64,000 bases of DNA from an uncultured Deinococcaceae bacterium (GCA_964252075.1 CAXULY010000017.1:18728-82727); one strand, 5' to 3'; positions 43,231 through 55,656 are shown, counted from the stretch's first letter. The notes: generated by a model not told the origin, from the sequence alone. Numbers and translations are program-made.

Positions 43231-44597
43231 GCGCGCACCTCCAGGGGGTTCAGGAATGCGCCGCCCGCGTCACCCAGGACGCCCTGCCCGTCGTACACCT
43301 CGCGGCCCCGCAGCCACACGCGCTCCACGCGCACGCTCAGCTCGCGCCCGAGGTACGGCGAGTGTGGGTGGCGGTACAGCAGGTGCTGGGGGTCCAGGGT
43401 CCAGGAGGCGTTCAGGCGAACGGCGGTGATGTCGGCGTCGAGGGTGGGCGCGAGGGCGCCCTTGCAGGCACCCAGACCCGCAAGGCGCGCGGGGTTCGTG
43501 CTGAGGAGGCGCGCGAGTGCCGGGAGGTCCAGGCCGCGCCGCAGGCCCTCCGTGAGCGTGAGGGGCAGCAGGGTCTGCACGCCCTGCACACCGCCCCACG
43601 CCGCCCAGATGTCCGCCTCGCCGGGCGTCTTGAGCGCGAGCGGGCTGGGCGAGTGGTCGGACGTGATGGCGTCCACGAGGCCCGCCCGCACGCGCTCCCA
43701 CAGCGCCGCCACGCGGGCGGGGTCGCGCGGTGGAGGCGCGCACTTCCCGAACGGCCCGAGGCGCACGAGGTCATCCTCGGTGAGCGCGAGGTACTGCGGG
43801 CAGGTCTCCAGGGTGACGGCCTGTCCAGCATTACGAGCGGCGGTGATGAGGTCCACCGCTTCTGGCGTGCTGACGTGTACCACGTGCAGACGGCAGCCAG
43901 TTTCGCGCGCGAAGTCCAGGGCGGCCCGCACGGCGCGCACCTCGGCCTCCACCGAATGTGCTTCCGCCCAGGCGAGCGGGTCGCAGCGGCCCGCCCCCTG
44001 CAGGGCGGCGACGTTCGCCGCGACAAGCGCGTGGTCCTCCGCGTGGACGAGCAGCAAACCGCCCAGCCGGGCGATCTCGGCCATGCCCGCGCGCAGGGCC
44101 TCGCCCTCCACGAAGGCGAAGTCCGGCATCCCGGAATCAATCATGAAGGCCTTGAAGCCCGCCACGCCGCCCGCGTGCAGCGCGGCCAGCTCCGCCACGT
44201 TCCCCTGCACCAGCCCACCCCAGAGGGCGTAATCCGCGAAGGACCCGCGCGCGGCCTCGCGTTTGAGGCGCAGGGCCTTGGCGTTCACGGTGGGGGGAGA
44301 GGCGTTGAGGGGCATGTCCACCACGGTGGTCACGCCGCCCGCGAGGGCCGCGCGGCTGCCGGTGTCCCAGCCCTCCCAGTCGGCGCGTCCGGGGTCGTTG
44401 AAGTGCACGTGGATGTCCACGCCCCCGGGCAGCAGGTGCAGGCCCGAGGCATCGAACACCTCACGCCCTACGAGGCCGTCCGCGAGGGCGGCGATGCGTC
44501 CGTCCTGCACGCCGAGGTCAGTGCGGCGCTCACCGTCGGGCGTCACGACCGTGCCGCCGCGAATCACGAGGTCGAAGGGCGCGGGTTCTGGGTTCAA
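43227..44597 (-). CDS. allB: Allantoinase
   Basis: DIHVHFNDPG, GGVTTVVDMPLN, GFKAF, VHAE, KCAPP, SDHSP. Start uncertain (TTG 44597 or TTG 44636). Confidence 0.9.
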   Translation of the reverse strand: MNPEPAPFDLVIRGGTVVTPDGERRTDLGVQDGRIAALADGLVGREVFDASGLHLLPGGVDIHVHFNDPGRADWEGWDTGSRAALAGGVTTVVDMPLNASPPTVNAKALRLKREAARGSFADYALWGGLVQGNVAELAALHAGGVAGFKAFMIDSGMPDFAFVEGEALRAGMAEIARLGGLLLVHAEDHALVAANVAALQGAGRCDPLAWAEAHSVEAEVRAVRAALDFARETGCRLHVVHVSTPEAVDLITAARNAGQAVTLETCPQYLALTEDDLVRLGPFGKCAPPPRDPARVAALWERVRAGLVDAITSDHSPSPLALKTPGEADIWAAWGGVQGVQTLLPLTLTEGLRRGLDLPALARLLSTNPARLAGLGACKGALAPTLDADITAVRLNASWTLDPQHLLYRHPHSPYLGRELSVRVERVWLRGREVYDGQGVLGDAGGAFLNPLEVRA

Positions 44598-44840
44598 GGT
44601 GAGGGCATTCTGGCCTCCGCGCGGGGCGTGGGTCAATGCGACCCATCAAGACAGGTGACGGGGGTACGGCTTTAGGCGTTCAACTTCCGCACTACAATCG
44701 GTGCACTCTCTGGTCTAGGGAATGCCAGAAGGAGGGCAAAGCGTGCGAATCGTTCAGAAAAACCAACACACACAGCGCGCCTTGACCCGCCTGCCCTGGC
44801 CCGCCGATCATGGTTGGATGGGAACAACCAGAGGTCGGTC

Positions 44841-46228
44841 TTGACCGCCGTGCAGCTCACCGTGAACGGCGAGCGCGTGCAGGCAACCGGCGTGCTGCCG
44901 CACACCACCCTCCTCGCGTGGCTGCGGTCGCGCGGCCTGACGGCCAGTAAGGAAGGCTGCGCGGAGGGCGAGTGCGGCGCCTGCGCCGTGATGGTCGCGC
45001 GCGAGGGGGAGCGCGGCGCGCGCTGGGAGGCCGTGAACGGCTGCCTGACGCTGCTCGCCGCCCTGAACGGCGCGGAGGTTCTCACGGCGGAGGGCCTGGG
45101 CCAGCCGGGGCACCTGCACCCCGTGCAGCGCGCGATGGCGGCGGCAGGCGGGAGTCAGTGCGGGTACTGCACGCCGGGCTTCGTGACCAGCATGGCCGCC
45201 GAGTACTACCGCGAGGACCGAGCGGAGTTCGAGATGGAGGCGCTGACTGGGAACCTGTGCCGCTGCACGGGCTACCGGCCCATTCGGGACGCCGCGGCCA
45301 GCCTGCCCGCGCCGGACGCGGGCGACCCCTTGCTCCAGCGGATGAGCAAAACTGCTCCACAGCCTGTCGAAACCGCCCTGGACACCCCTGAGGGCCTGTT
45401 CTTCCGCCCCGCGACCCTTGTGGACGCGCTGGACCTGCTGGCCCAGCACCCCACCGCCAAGCTGTTGGCGGGCGGCACGGACTGGGCGGTGGAGGTGAAC
45501 CAGCGCTTCTCCCGCGCGCCCGTGACCATCGCGGTGGACGCCCTGCCGGAACTGCGGACCTTCGCGTGGACGGACGCGCACGTGGAGATTGGGGCGGGCC
45601 TGAACCTCTCGGAGGTCGAGCGGCGCCTCGCGGGCCGCATCCCGCTGCTGGCGGAGCTGTTCCCGCTGTTCGCGTCCCGCCTGATCCGCAACAGCGCCAC
45701 ACTCGGCGGCAATCTGGGCACTGCGAGCCCGATCGGGGACAGCGCGCCCGCCCTGCTCGCCCTGGACGCCCGCGTGGTCCTGGCGGGGCCGACCGGGGAG
45801 CGTGAGTTGCCCCTCGCGGACTTCTTCACGGGGTACCGGCAGACGCAGTTGCAGCCCGGCGAGCTGATCCGGGCGGTGCGCGTGCCCCTGCCGCTCGCGC
45901 CGGTCGCGCGGTACTACAAGGTCGCGAAGCGCCGCATGGACGACATCTCCAGCGTCGCGGCGGCCTTCGCGCTCACGCTGGACGGGGAGCGTGTGGCGGG
46001 CGTCCGCATCGGGCTGGGTGGCGTGGCCGCCACGCCCCTGCGCGCGCACGAAACGGAAGCGCAGCTGACCGGGCAGCCCTGGACCGAGCGCACGGCGCGC
46101 GAGGCCGCGCGCGTCCTGGCGGGCGAGGGCACGCCGCTGTCCGATCACCGCGCGAGCGCCGCGTACCGCACCGCGATGCTGGAGCAACTCCTGCTGAAGT
46201 TCTTCCACGAGACGTCCGAGGTGCCCGC

Positions 46229-46232
<4 letters not shown>
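44841..46232 (+). CDS. xdhA: Xanthine dehydrogenase small subunit (2x[2Fe-2S] + FAD)
   Basis: KEGCAEGECGAC, QCGYCTPG, GNLCRCTGY, LAGGTD, IRNSATLGGN; TTG follows GAGGT (alternative start 44814). Confidence 0.93.
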
Positions 46233-48537
<2,305 letters not shown>

Positions 48538-48538
<1 letters not shown>

Positions 48539-49371
48539 TGACGGACTGGGCCGCCAACCTCGCCCGCCTGCGTGCGGAGCGCACGCCCGTGGCGGTGGTG
48601 ACGGTGGCGGCGGTGCGCGGGCACGCGCCCTGCGCGCCCGGAGCGAAACTGCTCGTCACGCCCACGGAGGCGCTGGGCACGGTGGGCGGCGGGTACCTGG
48701 AGCGCCACGCCATCACACTGGCGCGGGACACCCTGCACACCCCCGGCACGCGGCTGGAGACCGTGCAACTCAACCCGCGCACGCAGCCCGTGCAGTGCTG
48801 CGGCGGCGAGGTCACGCTGCTCATCGAGGTGCCGCCCGCGCTCAGGCCAGCCATCGCCATTTTCGGGGTGGGGCACGTGGGCCTCGCGCTCGCGCGGCTC
48901 CTCGCGCACGCGCCGGTCGAACTGCACCTCATTGACACCCGCCAGGACTTCGTGCGGCCCGAGCGCCTGGGCGCCCTGCTGCACGGCGAGGCCCTGGTGC
49001 GCCCGCAGCACGTTCCGATTCCGGAGGCGGCGGTGCCCGCCCTGTCCTCCGGCTCGCACCTGCTCGTCATGACGCACGACCACGCCGAGGACCTCGCGGT
49101 GCTGGACATGGCCCTGCGCCGCCCGGACCTGGGCTTCATCGGCCTGATCGGGTCCAGCGTGAAGTGGGCGCACTTCCGCGCGCGCCTGCTCGCGGAGGGC
49201 CACACCGACACGGACTTGGAGCGCATCACGACGCCCATCGGTCTGGGGCGGCCCAGCAAGGACCCGCTGACCATCGCCATGAGCGTCGCGGCGCAGGTGA
49301 TGCAGGTGCTGGATACCCAGAGTCAGCCGGAACGTTCACCACCCATTCCCGCCCTGAAGGAGCCCGAGTGA
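48538..49371 (+). CDS. xdhC: Xanthine dehydrogenase accessory protein XdhC
   Basis: GTVGGG, QCCGG, FGVGHVG, MTHDH, GLIGS. Confidence 0.92.
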
Positions 49372-50903
49372 CCCAGACCCCCGCCCTGCGCCTGCGCGGC
49401 ATCACGAAGCGCTTCCCCGGCGTGACCGCCAACGACCACGTGGACCTTGATGTGTACCCCGGTGAGGTGCTGGCCCTGCTGGGCGAGAACGGCGCGGGCA
49501 AGAGCACCTTGATGAGCATCCTGTACGGCCTGTACCACCCGGACGAGGGTGAGATTCAGGTGGGCGGGCGGCCCGCGCGCATCGGGTCGCCCGCGCAGGC
49601 GCTGAAGCTGGGCATCGGGCTGGTGCCGCAGCACCCGGTGCTGGTGGGGCGGCACACCGTCGCCGAGAACCTCGCGCTCGGCGCTGGCCCGGTGTGGCGT
49701 CCGGTGCCGCACGTGATGGGCCTGATTGAGCGGACGGAGGCGCAGTATGGCCTGAAGATTGACCCGCGGGCGCGCGTGAGCACCCTGTCGCCCGGCGAGA
49801 AGCAGCGGGTGGAGATCGTGCGAGCCCTCATGCGCGGCGCGAACATCCTGATTCTGGACGAGCCGACCAGCGTGCTTACCCCCCAGGAGGCGGAGGCGCT
49901 GTTCCGCGTGATGGCTGGCCTGCGCGAAGGCGGGAAGTCCCTGATCTTCATCTCGCACAAGCTGGACGAGGTGCTCGCGATCTGCGACCGGGTGGCGGTG
50001 CTGCGCCGCGGGCAGCTGGTGGGCGAGGCGCCCACGCAGGGCGCGACGCGCGAGAGCCTCGCGGAGCTGATGGTGGGGCGCTCCGTGAACTTCGCGCGCA
50101 AGCGCGGCGCGGTGACGCCCGGCGCGCCGCTGCTGGACGTGCAAGGGTTGAGTGCCCGGAACACCCGCGGGCTGAGCGCCCTGAAGGACGTGAGCTTCAC
50201 CCTGCGGGCGGGCGAGGTGCTGGGCGTGGCGGGCGTCGCGGGGAACGGGCAGAGCGAACTGGTGGAGGTGCTGGCGGGCCTGCGCGCGCCGGACGCGGGC
50301 GCCGTGAGCCTGGACGGGCGGCCCCTCGTGGGCGATCCGCGGGCGCGCTTCGGGCAGGGCGTCGCGCACATTCCCGAGGACCGCATCCACATGGGCACGG
50401 TGCCCAGCATGACCGTCGCGGAGAACCTCGCGCTGCGCAGTTACGCGCAGGCCCCCTACGCGCGCGGCGCGCTGCGCGACCTGCGCGCGGTGGACGCGGG
50501 TGCCCGGCGCGAGGTGCAGGAGTACGCGATCAGCACGCCGGGTATTCACACGCCGTCGCGCCTGCTGTCCGGCGGGAACATCCAGAAGGTGATCCTGGCG
50601 CGTGAGCTGGCCGCCGGGGCGCGCGTGATCCTGGCGGTGCATCCCACCTACGGCCTGGACATCGGCGCGACGGACCAGGTGCATCGCACGCTGCTGTCGC
50701 GCACAGAGGCGGGTGCGGGCGTGCTGCTGGTGAGCGAGGACCTCGATGAGCTCATGGGCCTCTCGGACCGCATCGCGGTGCTGTTCCACGGGCGCCTGCT
50801 GGGTCCCTTCGACGCGGCGCGCGTGACGCGCGAGGGGCTGGGCCTGCTGATGGCGGGCACGCCCGAGGCGCAGGTGTTCGCGCCGGTGGGGGGTGTGGCG
50901 TGA
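49368..50903 (+). CDS. Nucleoside/purine ABC importer ATP-binding protein (two NBDs)
   Basis: GENGAGKST, ILDEPT, GVAGNGQ, LSGGNIQK, SEDLDE. Confidence 0.92.
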   Translation: MTQTPALRLRGITKRFPGVTANDHVDLDVYPGEVLALLGENGAGKSTLMSILYGLYHPDEGEIQVGGRPARIGSPAQALKLGIGLVPQHPVLVGRHTVAENLALGAGPVWRPVPHVMGLIERTEAQYGLKIDPRARVSTLSPGEKQRVEIVRALMRGANILILDEPTSVLTPQEAEALFRVMAGLREGGKSLIFISHKLDEVLAICDRVAVLRRGQLVGEAPTQGATRESLAELMVGRSVNFARKRGAVTPGAPLLDVQGLSARNTRGLSALKDVSFTLRAGEVLGVAGVAGNGQSELVEVLAGLRAPDAGAVSLDGRPLVGDPRARFGQGVAHIPEDRIHMGTVPSMTVAENLALRSYAQAPYARGALRDLRAVDAGARREVQEYAISTPGIHTPSRLLSGGNIQKVILARELAAGARVILAVHPTYGLDIGATDQVHRTLLSRTEAGAGVLLVSEDLDELMGLSDRIAVLFHGRLLGPFDAARVTREGLGLLMAGTPEAQVFAPVGGVA

Positions 50904-51985
50904 TGCGCCTGCTGGCCCTCTCCGAGGTGCCGCGCGCGCGGGTGCTGTGGGTGACGGTCGCGGCGGTGCTGCTGGCCCTCGTCATCGTGGGCGGCGTGAT
51001 TTTCGCGTCCGGCACGAACCCGCTGGATGCGTACGCCGCGATGTTCCAGGGCACCGTGATGGACGGGCGTGGCTGGGCGGAGGTGCTGCGCCGCGCGGTG
51101 CCGCTGCTGCTGATCGGGGTGGGCCTCACGCTGGCGTTCCGCGCGCAGTTCTTCAACATCGGCGCGGAGGGGCAGCTGCTGCTGGGCGCCGTCGCGGCGG
51201 GCGGCGTGGCGCTGTTCGTGCCCCTGCCAGGCGTGCTCTTACCCACCTTGGCCTTCGTCGCGGCCTTCGTGGCGGGCGGCCTGTGGGCGCTCATCGCGGC
51301 GTGGCTGCGCACGCGGCTGCGCGTGAACGAGATCCTCACCACCCTGATGCTGAATTACGTGGCGACCTCGCTGGTGGTGTACCTGATCTCCGGGCCGTGG
51401 AAGGGCAAGAACGTGCGCGGCTTCATCTACACCGACACCTTCCCCGACCACGCCTGGCTGCCCACCCTGCCCGGCACGCTGGTGGGCTGGCCCACCCTGC
51501 TGCTGGGCGTGCTGGCGGCGGTGGCGCTGCAGTTCCTGCTGTCGCGCACCACGCGGGGCTTCGAGTTGCGGGTGGTGGGCGAGAACGCGGGCGCGGCGCG
51601 TTACGCGGGCATCTCCATTCCCGGCACGGTGCTCCTGATGGGCCTCATCACGGGCGGCATGGCGGGCCTCGCGGGCGCGGGCGAGGTGCTGGGCATTCAC
51701 CACAAGCTGCTGGAGCCCGCGCAGATCAGCGCCGGGTACGGCTTCACGGCGGTGATCGTGGCGTGGCTGGCGCGCGGCAACCCCCTTCTGTGCCTCGTGA
51801 CGGCGCCCCTGATGGGCATCATCCTGGCGGGTGGCGACGTGCTGAAGATCAACCTGAACCTGCCGTTCCGGATCGTGGACGTGTTCTCCGGCGTGATGCT
51901 GCTGTGCCTGATCGCGTCGGAGGTGTTCGTGCGGCACCGCGTGGTGCTGGGTCGCGCCCGCGCGGCGCGGGGGGGTGCGCTGTGA
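50900..51985 (+). CDS. Nucleoside/purine ABC importer permease
   Basis: FNIGAEGQ, VNEIL, GYGFTAVIVAWL. Confidence 0.9.
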   Translation: MMRLLALSEVPRARVLWVTVAAVLLALVIVGGVIFASGTNPLDAYAAMFQGTVMDGRGWAEVLRRAVPLLLIGVGLTLAFRAQFFNIGAEGQLLLGAVAAGGVALFVPLPGVLLPTLAFVAAFVAGGLWALIAAWLRTRLRVNEILTTLMLNYVATSLVVYLISGPWKGKNVRGFIYTDTFPDHAWLPTLPGTLVGWPTLLLGVLAAVALQFLLSRTTRGFELRVVGENAGAARYAGISIPGTVLLMGLITGGMAGLAGAGEVLGIHHKLLEPAQISAGYGFTAVIVAWLARGNPLLCLVTAPLMGIILAGGDVLKINLNLPFRIVDVFSGVMLLCLIASEVFVRHRVVLGRARAARGGAL

Positions 51986-52890
51986 ACGACCTGCTGGACG
52001 CCCTCACGCGCGCGCTGGCCTTCGGGACGCCGCTGCTGCTCGCCAGCCTGGGCGCCATCGTGAACGAGCGCGCGGGCGTGGTGAACCTGGGCGTGGAGGG
52101 CATGATGGCCCTTGGGGCGCTCGCGGCCTTCGCGGTGGCGTACGGGGGCGGCATGGGCGGACCGCTGTGGCTGGCGTTGCTCGCCGCCTGTGGGGCGGGG
52201 GCGCTTGCGGCGCTCCTGCACGCCTTCGTGACCATCACGCTGCGTGCGAACCAGTTCGTGTCGGGCCTCGCACTCACCCTGCTGGGGGTGGGCCTCGCGG
52301 GGATGCTCGGCAAGCCCTACGAGGGGCAGATCCTGCCGATCAATGTCTCTGACGCGGCGCAGACCGCCCTGACCTGGGGCAAGTTCTCGCTGAGCCCCTG
52401 GACCATCGGGGCGATTGTGCTGTCCGGGGTGCTGGCTCTCGTGCTGAACGGCACGCGCGCGGGCCTCACCCTGCGCTCGGTGGGCGAGAACCCCGCGGCG
52501 GCGGACGTGCTGGGCCTGAACGTGAACCTGGTGCGTTACCTCGCGGTGGTGATCGGCGGGGCGCTCGCGGGGCTCGCGGGCGCGTACCTGTCCCTCGTGT
52601 ACCGCCCCTCGTGGTCGGACGGCATGACGGCGGGCCTGGGGTGGATCGCGGTCGCACTCGTGATCTTCGTGGCGTGGAATCCCGTGCGCGCCACGGTGGG
52701 CTCGGTGTTCTTCGGGCTGCTGTACTACCTGCAGTTCCGGTTGCAGGGCAAGAGCGCCATCCCGACCGAGGTGTTCTCCGCCATGCCGTACGTGCTGGTC
52801 GTGGTGGTGCTGGCCTTCGCGGGCCTGCGCGGGCAGCAGGGCAGCGCGCCGGAGAGTTTAGGGCGCCCGTACACACGCGGAGAAAGGTAG
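51982..52890 (+). CDS. Nucleoside/purine ABC importer permease
   Basis: ERAGVVNLGVEG, GENPAAAD, GWIAVALV, APESLGRPY. Confidence 0.9.
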   Translation: MNDLLDALTRALAFGTPLLLASLGAIVNERAGVVNLGVEGMMALGALAAFAVAYGGGMGGPLWLALLAACGAGALAALLHAFVTITLRANQFVSGLALTLLGVGLAGMLGKPYEGQILPINVSDAAQTALTWGKFSLSPWTIGAIVLSGVLALVLNGTRAGLTLRSVGENPAAADVLGLNVNLVRYLAVVIGGALAGLAGAYLSLVYRPSWSDGMTAGLGWIAVALVIFVAWNPVRATVGSVFFGLLYYLQFRLQGKSAIPTEVFSAMPYVLVVVVLAFAGLRGQQGSAPESLGRPYTRGER

Positions 52891-52905
52891 TCGGACATTA
52901 CCTTG

Positions 52906-52944
52906 CGGCTTGTTCCTTCAGTCTGGAACAAGCCGTATGTTTTT
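52906..52944 (+). terminator. Intrinsic-terminator-like hairpin between the permease and BMP genes
   Basis: cggcttgttcc-ttcagtct-ggaacaagccg followed by tatgttttt. Confidence 0.65.
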
Positions 52945-53039
52945 CCTTTGTCTAGTCGCCAGATCACCCCATTTCATGCATTGCGTCCTCCCCTTACCGT
53001 ACATTCATCAAGAGTTCATTCGGGCTCCCAGGAGGCACC

Positions 53040-54188
53040 ATGCGAAAAGCCATCACGCTCGCCCTCGCGTTAACTGCGGGCGCCGCCCTCGCCCAGAGCG
53101 GCGGTAAGCTCAAGGCCTGCTTCGTGTACGTCGGCCCGACCGGCGACATCGGCTGGACCTACGCGCACGACCAGGCCCGCAAGGCCGCCGAGAAGGCCCT
53201 GCCGTGGCTGGAAACCAAGTACGTGGAGTCCGTGCCGGAAGGCCAGGCGCTCCCCGTCATTGACCGCCTCGTGTCCGACAAGTGCCAGGTGATCTTCACC
53301 ACCAGCTTCGGGTACATGGACGACACCGTCACCGCCGCGAAGAAGTACCCGAACGTGATCTTCGCGCACGCCGCCGGGTACAAGCGCGCCCCGAACCTCG
53401 CCACGTACATGGCGGACTTCTACCAGGTATTCTACCTGAACGGGCTCGTGGCGGGCGCGCTCACCAAGAGCGGCAAGGTGGGCTTCGTCGGCACCTATGC
53501 CATCCCTGAGCTGAAGCGCCACCTGGACGCCTTCGCGATGGGCGTAAAGGCCGCGAACCCCAAGGCCACGGTGAACGTGAAGTGGCTGAACTCCTGGTTC
53601 GACCCCGCCAAGACCCGCGAGGCGAGCGAGGCGCTCCTCAGCGAGGGCGCGGACGTGCTGACATCCAGCGAGGACAGCGCGACGGGCGTGCAGACCGCCG
53701 CCGCGAAGAAGGTCCCGACCTTCAGCCACTACAACTCCATGTACAAGTTCTCGCCGGACTACGTGGTGAGCGGCCACATCGTGCACTGGGACAAGATTTA
53801 CATCGATTTCCTGACGAAAGTGCACGATGGAAAGTACACAAACAAGAACCTCGCGAACGTGGATTACTGGTGGCTGCTGAATAAGGGCGCCGTCGAGATG
53901 GGCGCCGACAACGGCCTCGCCCTGAACGCCAAGTACGTCGCGCAGCTCAAGGCCGCGAAAATGACGGTGGGCGGCAAGACCATGAGCGTGTACGACCGCG
54001 TGATGGCGCTCAGCAAGGCCATGGCGAGCGCCAAACCCACCTTCGACCCGTACACCGGCCCCCTCAAGGACCGCAACGGCGTGCTGCGCGTGCCCGCCGG
54101 GAAGACCTCCAGCGTCGGGGACCTGAACAGCATGAGCTGGGTCGCGCCGGGCGTCGTGGGCGACGTGGCGGACGAACCCAAGAAATAA
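53040..54188 (+). CDS. BMP family purine/nucleoside ABC substrate-binding protein
   Basis: YVGPTGDIGWTYAHD, TTSFGYMD, WLNSWFDP; signal peptide. Confidence 0.92.
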   Translation: MRKAITLALALTAGAALAQSGGKLKACFVYVGPTGDIGWTYAHDQARKAAEKALPWLETKYVESVPEGQALPVIDRLVSDKCQVIFTTSFGYMDDTVTAAKKYPNVIFAHAAGYKRAPNLATYMADFYQVFYLNGLVAGALTKSGKVGFVGTYAIPELKRHLDAFAMGVKAANPKATVNVKWLNSWFDPAKTREASEALLSEGADVLTSSEDSATGVQTAAAKKVPTFSHYNSMYKFSPDYVVSGHIVHWDKIYIDFLTKVHDGKYTNKNLANVDYWWLLNKGAVEMGADNGLALNAKYVAQLKAAKMTVGGKTMSVYDRVMALSKAMASAKPTFDPYTGPLKDRNGVLRVPAGKTSSVGDLNSMSWVAPGVVGDVADEPKK

Positions 54189-54198
54189 GGCACACTGA

Positions 54199-54226
54199 GG
54201 CCGAGGGCAATCACTTGCCCTCGGCC
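54199..54226. terminator. Hairpin after the BMP gene (mRNA stabiliser or attenuator)
   Basis: ggccgagggcaa-tcac-ttgccctcggcc with no U-tract. Confidence 0.5.
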
Positions 54227-54236
54227 CCCTCTTCCC

Positions 54237-54737
54237 ATGACCAGCACCGCTGACCTGAACGCCCTCTCGGACGCCGACTTCGTGTCGGCGCTTGCGGGCA
54301 TCTACGAGGACTCCCCCTGGGTGCCGCGCGCGGTGCTCGACCAGCGGCCCTTCGCGGACCGCGCCTCCCTGCAAACTGCCCTGCGTGCCGCCGTGGACGG
54401 AGCGGAACACGAGGCGCACCTCGCGCTGCTGCGCGCCCACCCGGAACTCGCGCGGCGCGCGCGGATGAGCGCGGACAGCGTGCGCGAGCAGGCAGGCGCG
54501 GGCCTCGACCAGCTCACACCGGACGAACACGCGCACTTCCTCGCACTGAACGACGCGTACCGCGAGCGGCATGGCTTCCCATTCATCGTGGCGGTGCGCG
54601 GCCTCGACAAGAACAACATCCGCACCGCGCTGGAAACCCGCCTGCACCACACGCCCGAAGAGGAGTTCCGGACGGCCCTCACGCAGGTGCACCGCATCGC
54701 GGCCCTGCGCCTGCACGACCTCATTCAGGAGGACTGA
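54237..54737 (+). CDS. uraD: OHCU decarboxylase
   Basis: IYEDSPW, AHPEL, SVREQAGAGL, YRERHGFPFIVAV, IAALRL. Confidence 0.93.
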   Translation: MTSTADLNALSDADFVSALAGIYEDSPWVPRAVLDQRPFADRASLQTALRAAVDGAEHEAHLALLRAHPELARRARMSADSVREQAGAGLDQLTPDEHAHFLALNDAYRERHGFPFIVAVRGLDKNNIRTALETRLHHTPEEEFRTALTQVHRIAALRLHDLIQED

Positions 54738-54777
54738 CGCGCGAGCGCGCCCGGCCTCCACGAGCAAAGGGGATGAC

Positions 54778-55656
54778 TTGCTGAGACCTCAACTGGGCCA
54801 GCCCGGACGCAGCCACTACGGCAAGGGCGAGACGGTCGTGTACCGCCTGCAGCGCGACTACCAGGTGCCGCCCGGCGAACTGCCCGTGCTGGGCGCGCGG
54901 CTGACCTTGTTCATCTGGGGCGAGGCCTTCTGGCCCACCTACACGAGCGGCGACAACACGAACCTTGTCGCGACGGACAGCATGAAGAACTTCCTGCAGC
55001 GCGAAACCCTAAACTACACTGGGCACAGCCTGGAGGGCCTCGCGCACTTCCTGGTGGAGAAGTTCATGGCGACGTACCCGCAGGCGGAGGGCGCCGAGCT
55101 GTACGCCGAGCAGATTCCCTTCGAGGCGGTGTCCGGGCAGGGTCCGGGCCTGCGCCCGGCGGGTGGCCCGTATGCGACGGCGCGCGTGCTGTTCACGCGC
55201 GAGGGCGGGCAGCCCAGGCTGAGTGGCTTGGTGTGCGGCCTCGCGGGCTTCGAGCTGCTGCGCCTCTCCGGGAGCGCCTTCACGGGCTTCGTGCGGGACG
55301 GGTACACGACCCTGCCCGAGAACCGCAATCGGCCCCTACGCATGAAGCTGAACGCCGAGTGGACCTTCACGGACCCGCAGGCGGGCTTGGAAGCGCGCAG
55401 CGTGCCCGCCGTGCGCGAGCGCGTGGAGGGGACCTTCGAGGGCTTCACGTCCGGGTCCATTCAGGAGGTGCTGTACCAGATCGGCACACGCGTCCTGACG
55501 GACCTCCCCGTGATCGAGCGGCTGGAGCTGGAGGGGCAGAACCACACCTGGGACGCCGTGACGGAGCAGGACGAGACGCTGGGGGTGTTCACGATCTCGA
55601 AGCCCTTCTACGGGATTCTCGGCCTGAGCCTCACGCGCGCGGACCTGCCCGGCTGA
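54778..55656 (+). CDS. Cofactor-independent urate oxidase (Bacillus PucL uricase-domain type)
   Basis: HYGK, GDNTNLVATDSMKNF, FTGFVRDGYTTLPE, RPL, SIQ, NHTW; TTG follows AAAGGGG. Confidence 0.88.
   Translation: MLRPQLGQPGRSHYGKGETVVYRLQRDYQVPPGELPVLGARLTLFIWGEAFWPTYTSGDNTNLVATDSMKNFLQRETLNYTGHSLEGLAHFLVEKFMATYPQAEGAELYAEQIPFEAVSGQGPGLRPAGGPYATARVLFTREGGQPRLSGLVCGLAGFELLRLSGSAFTGFVRDGYTTLPENRNRPLRMKLNAEWTFTDPQAGLEARSVPAVRERVEGTFEGFTSGSIQEVLYQIGTRVLTDLPVIERLELEGQNHTWDAVTEQDETLGVFTISKPFYGILGLSLTRADLPG

Noticed and set aside
44640..44840. Possible purine or xanthine riboswitch in the allB/xdhA spacer
   Set aside because: I could not match the conserved cores of known purine or xanthine aptamers by eye on either strand. 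Left as an Rfam test in the findings.
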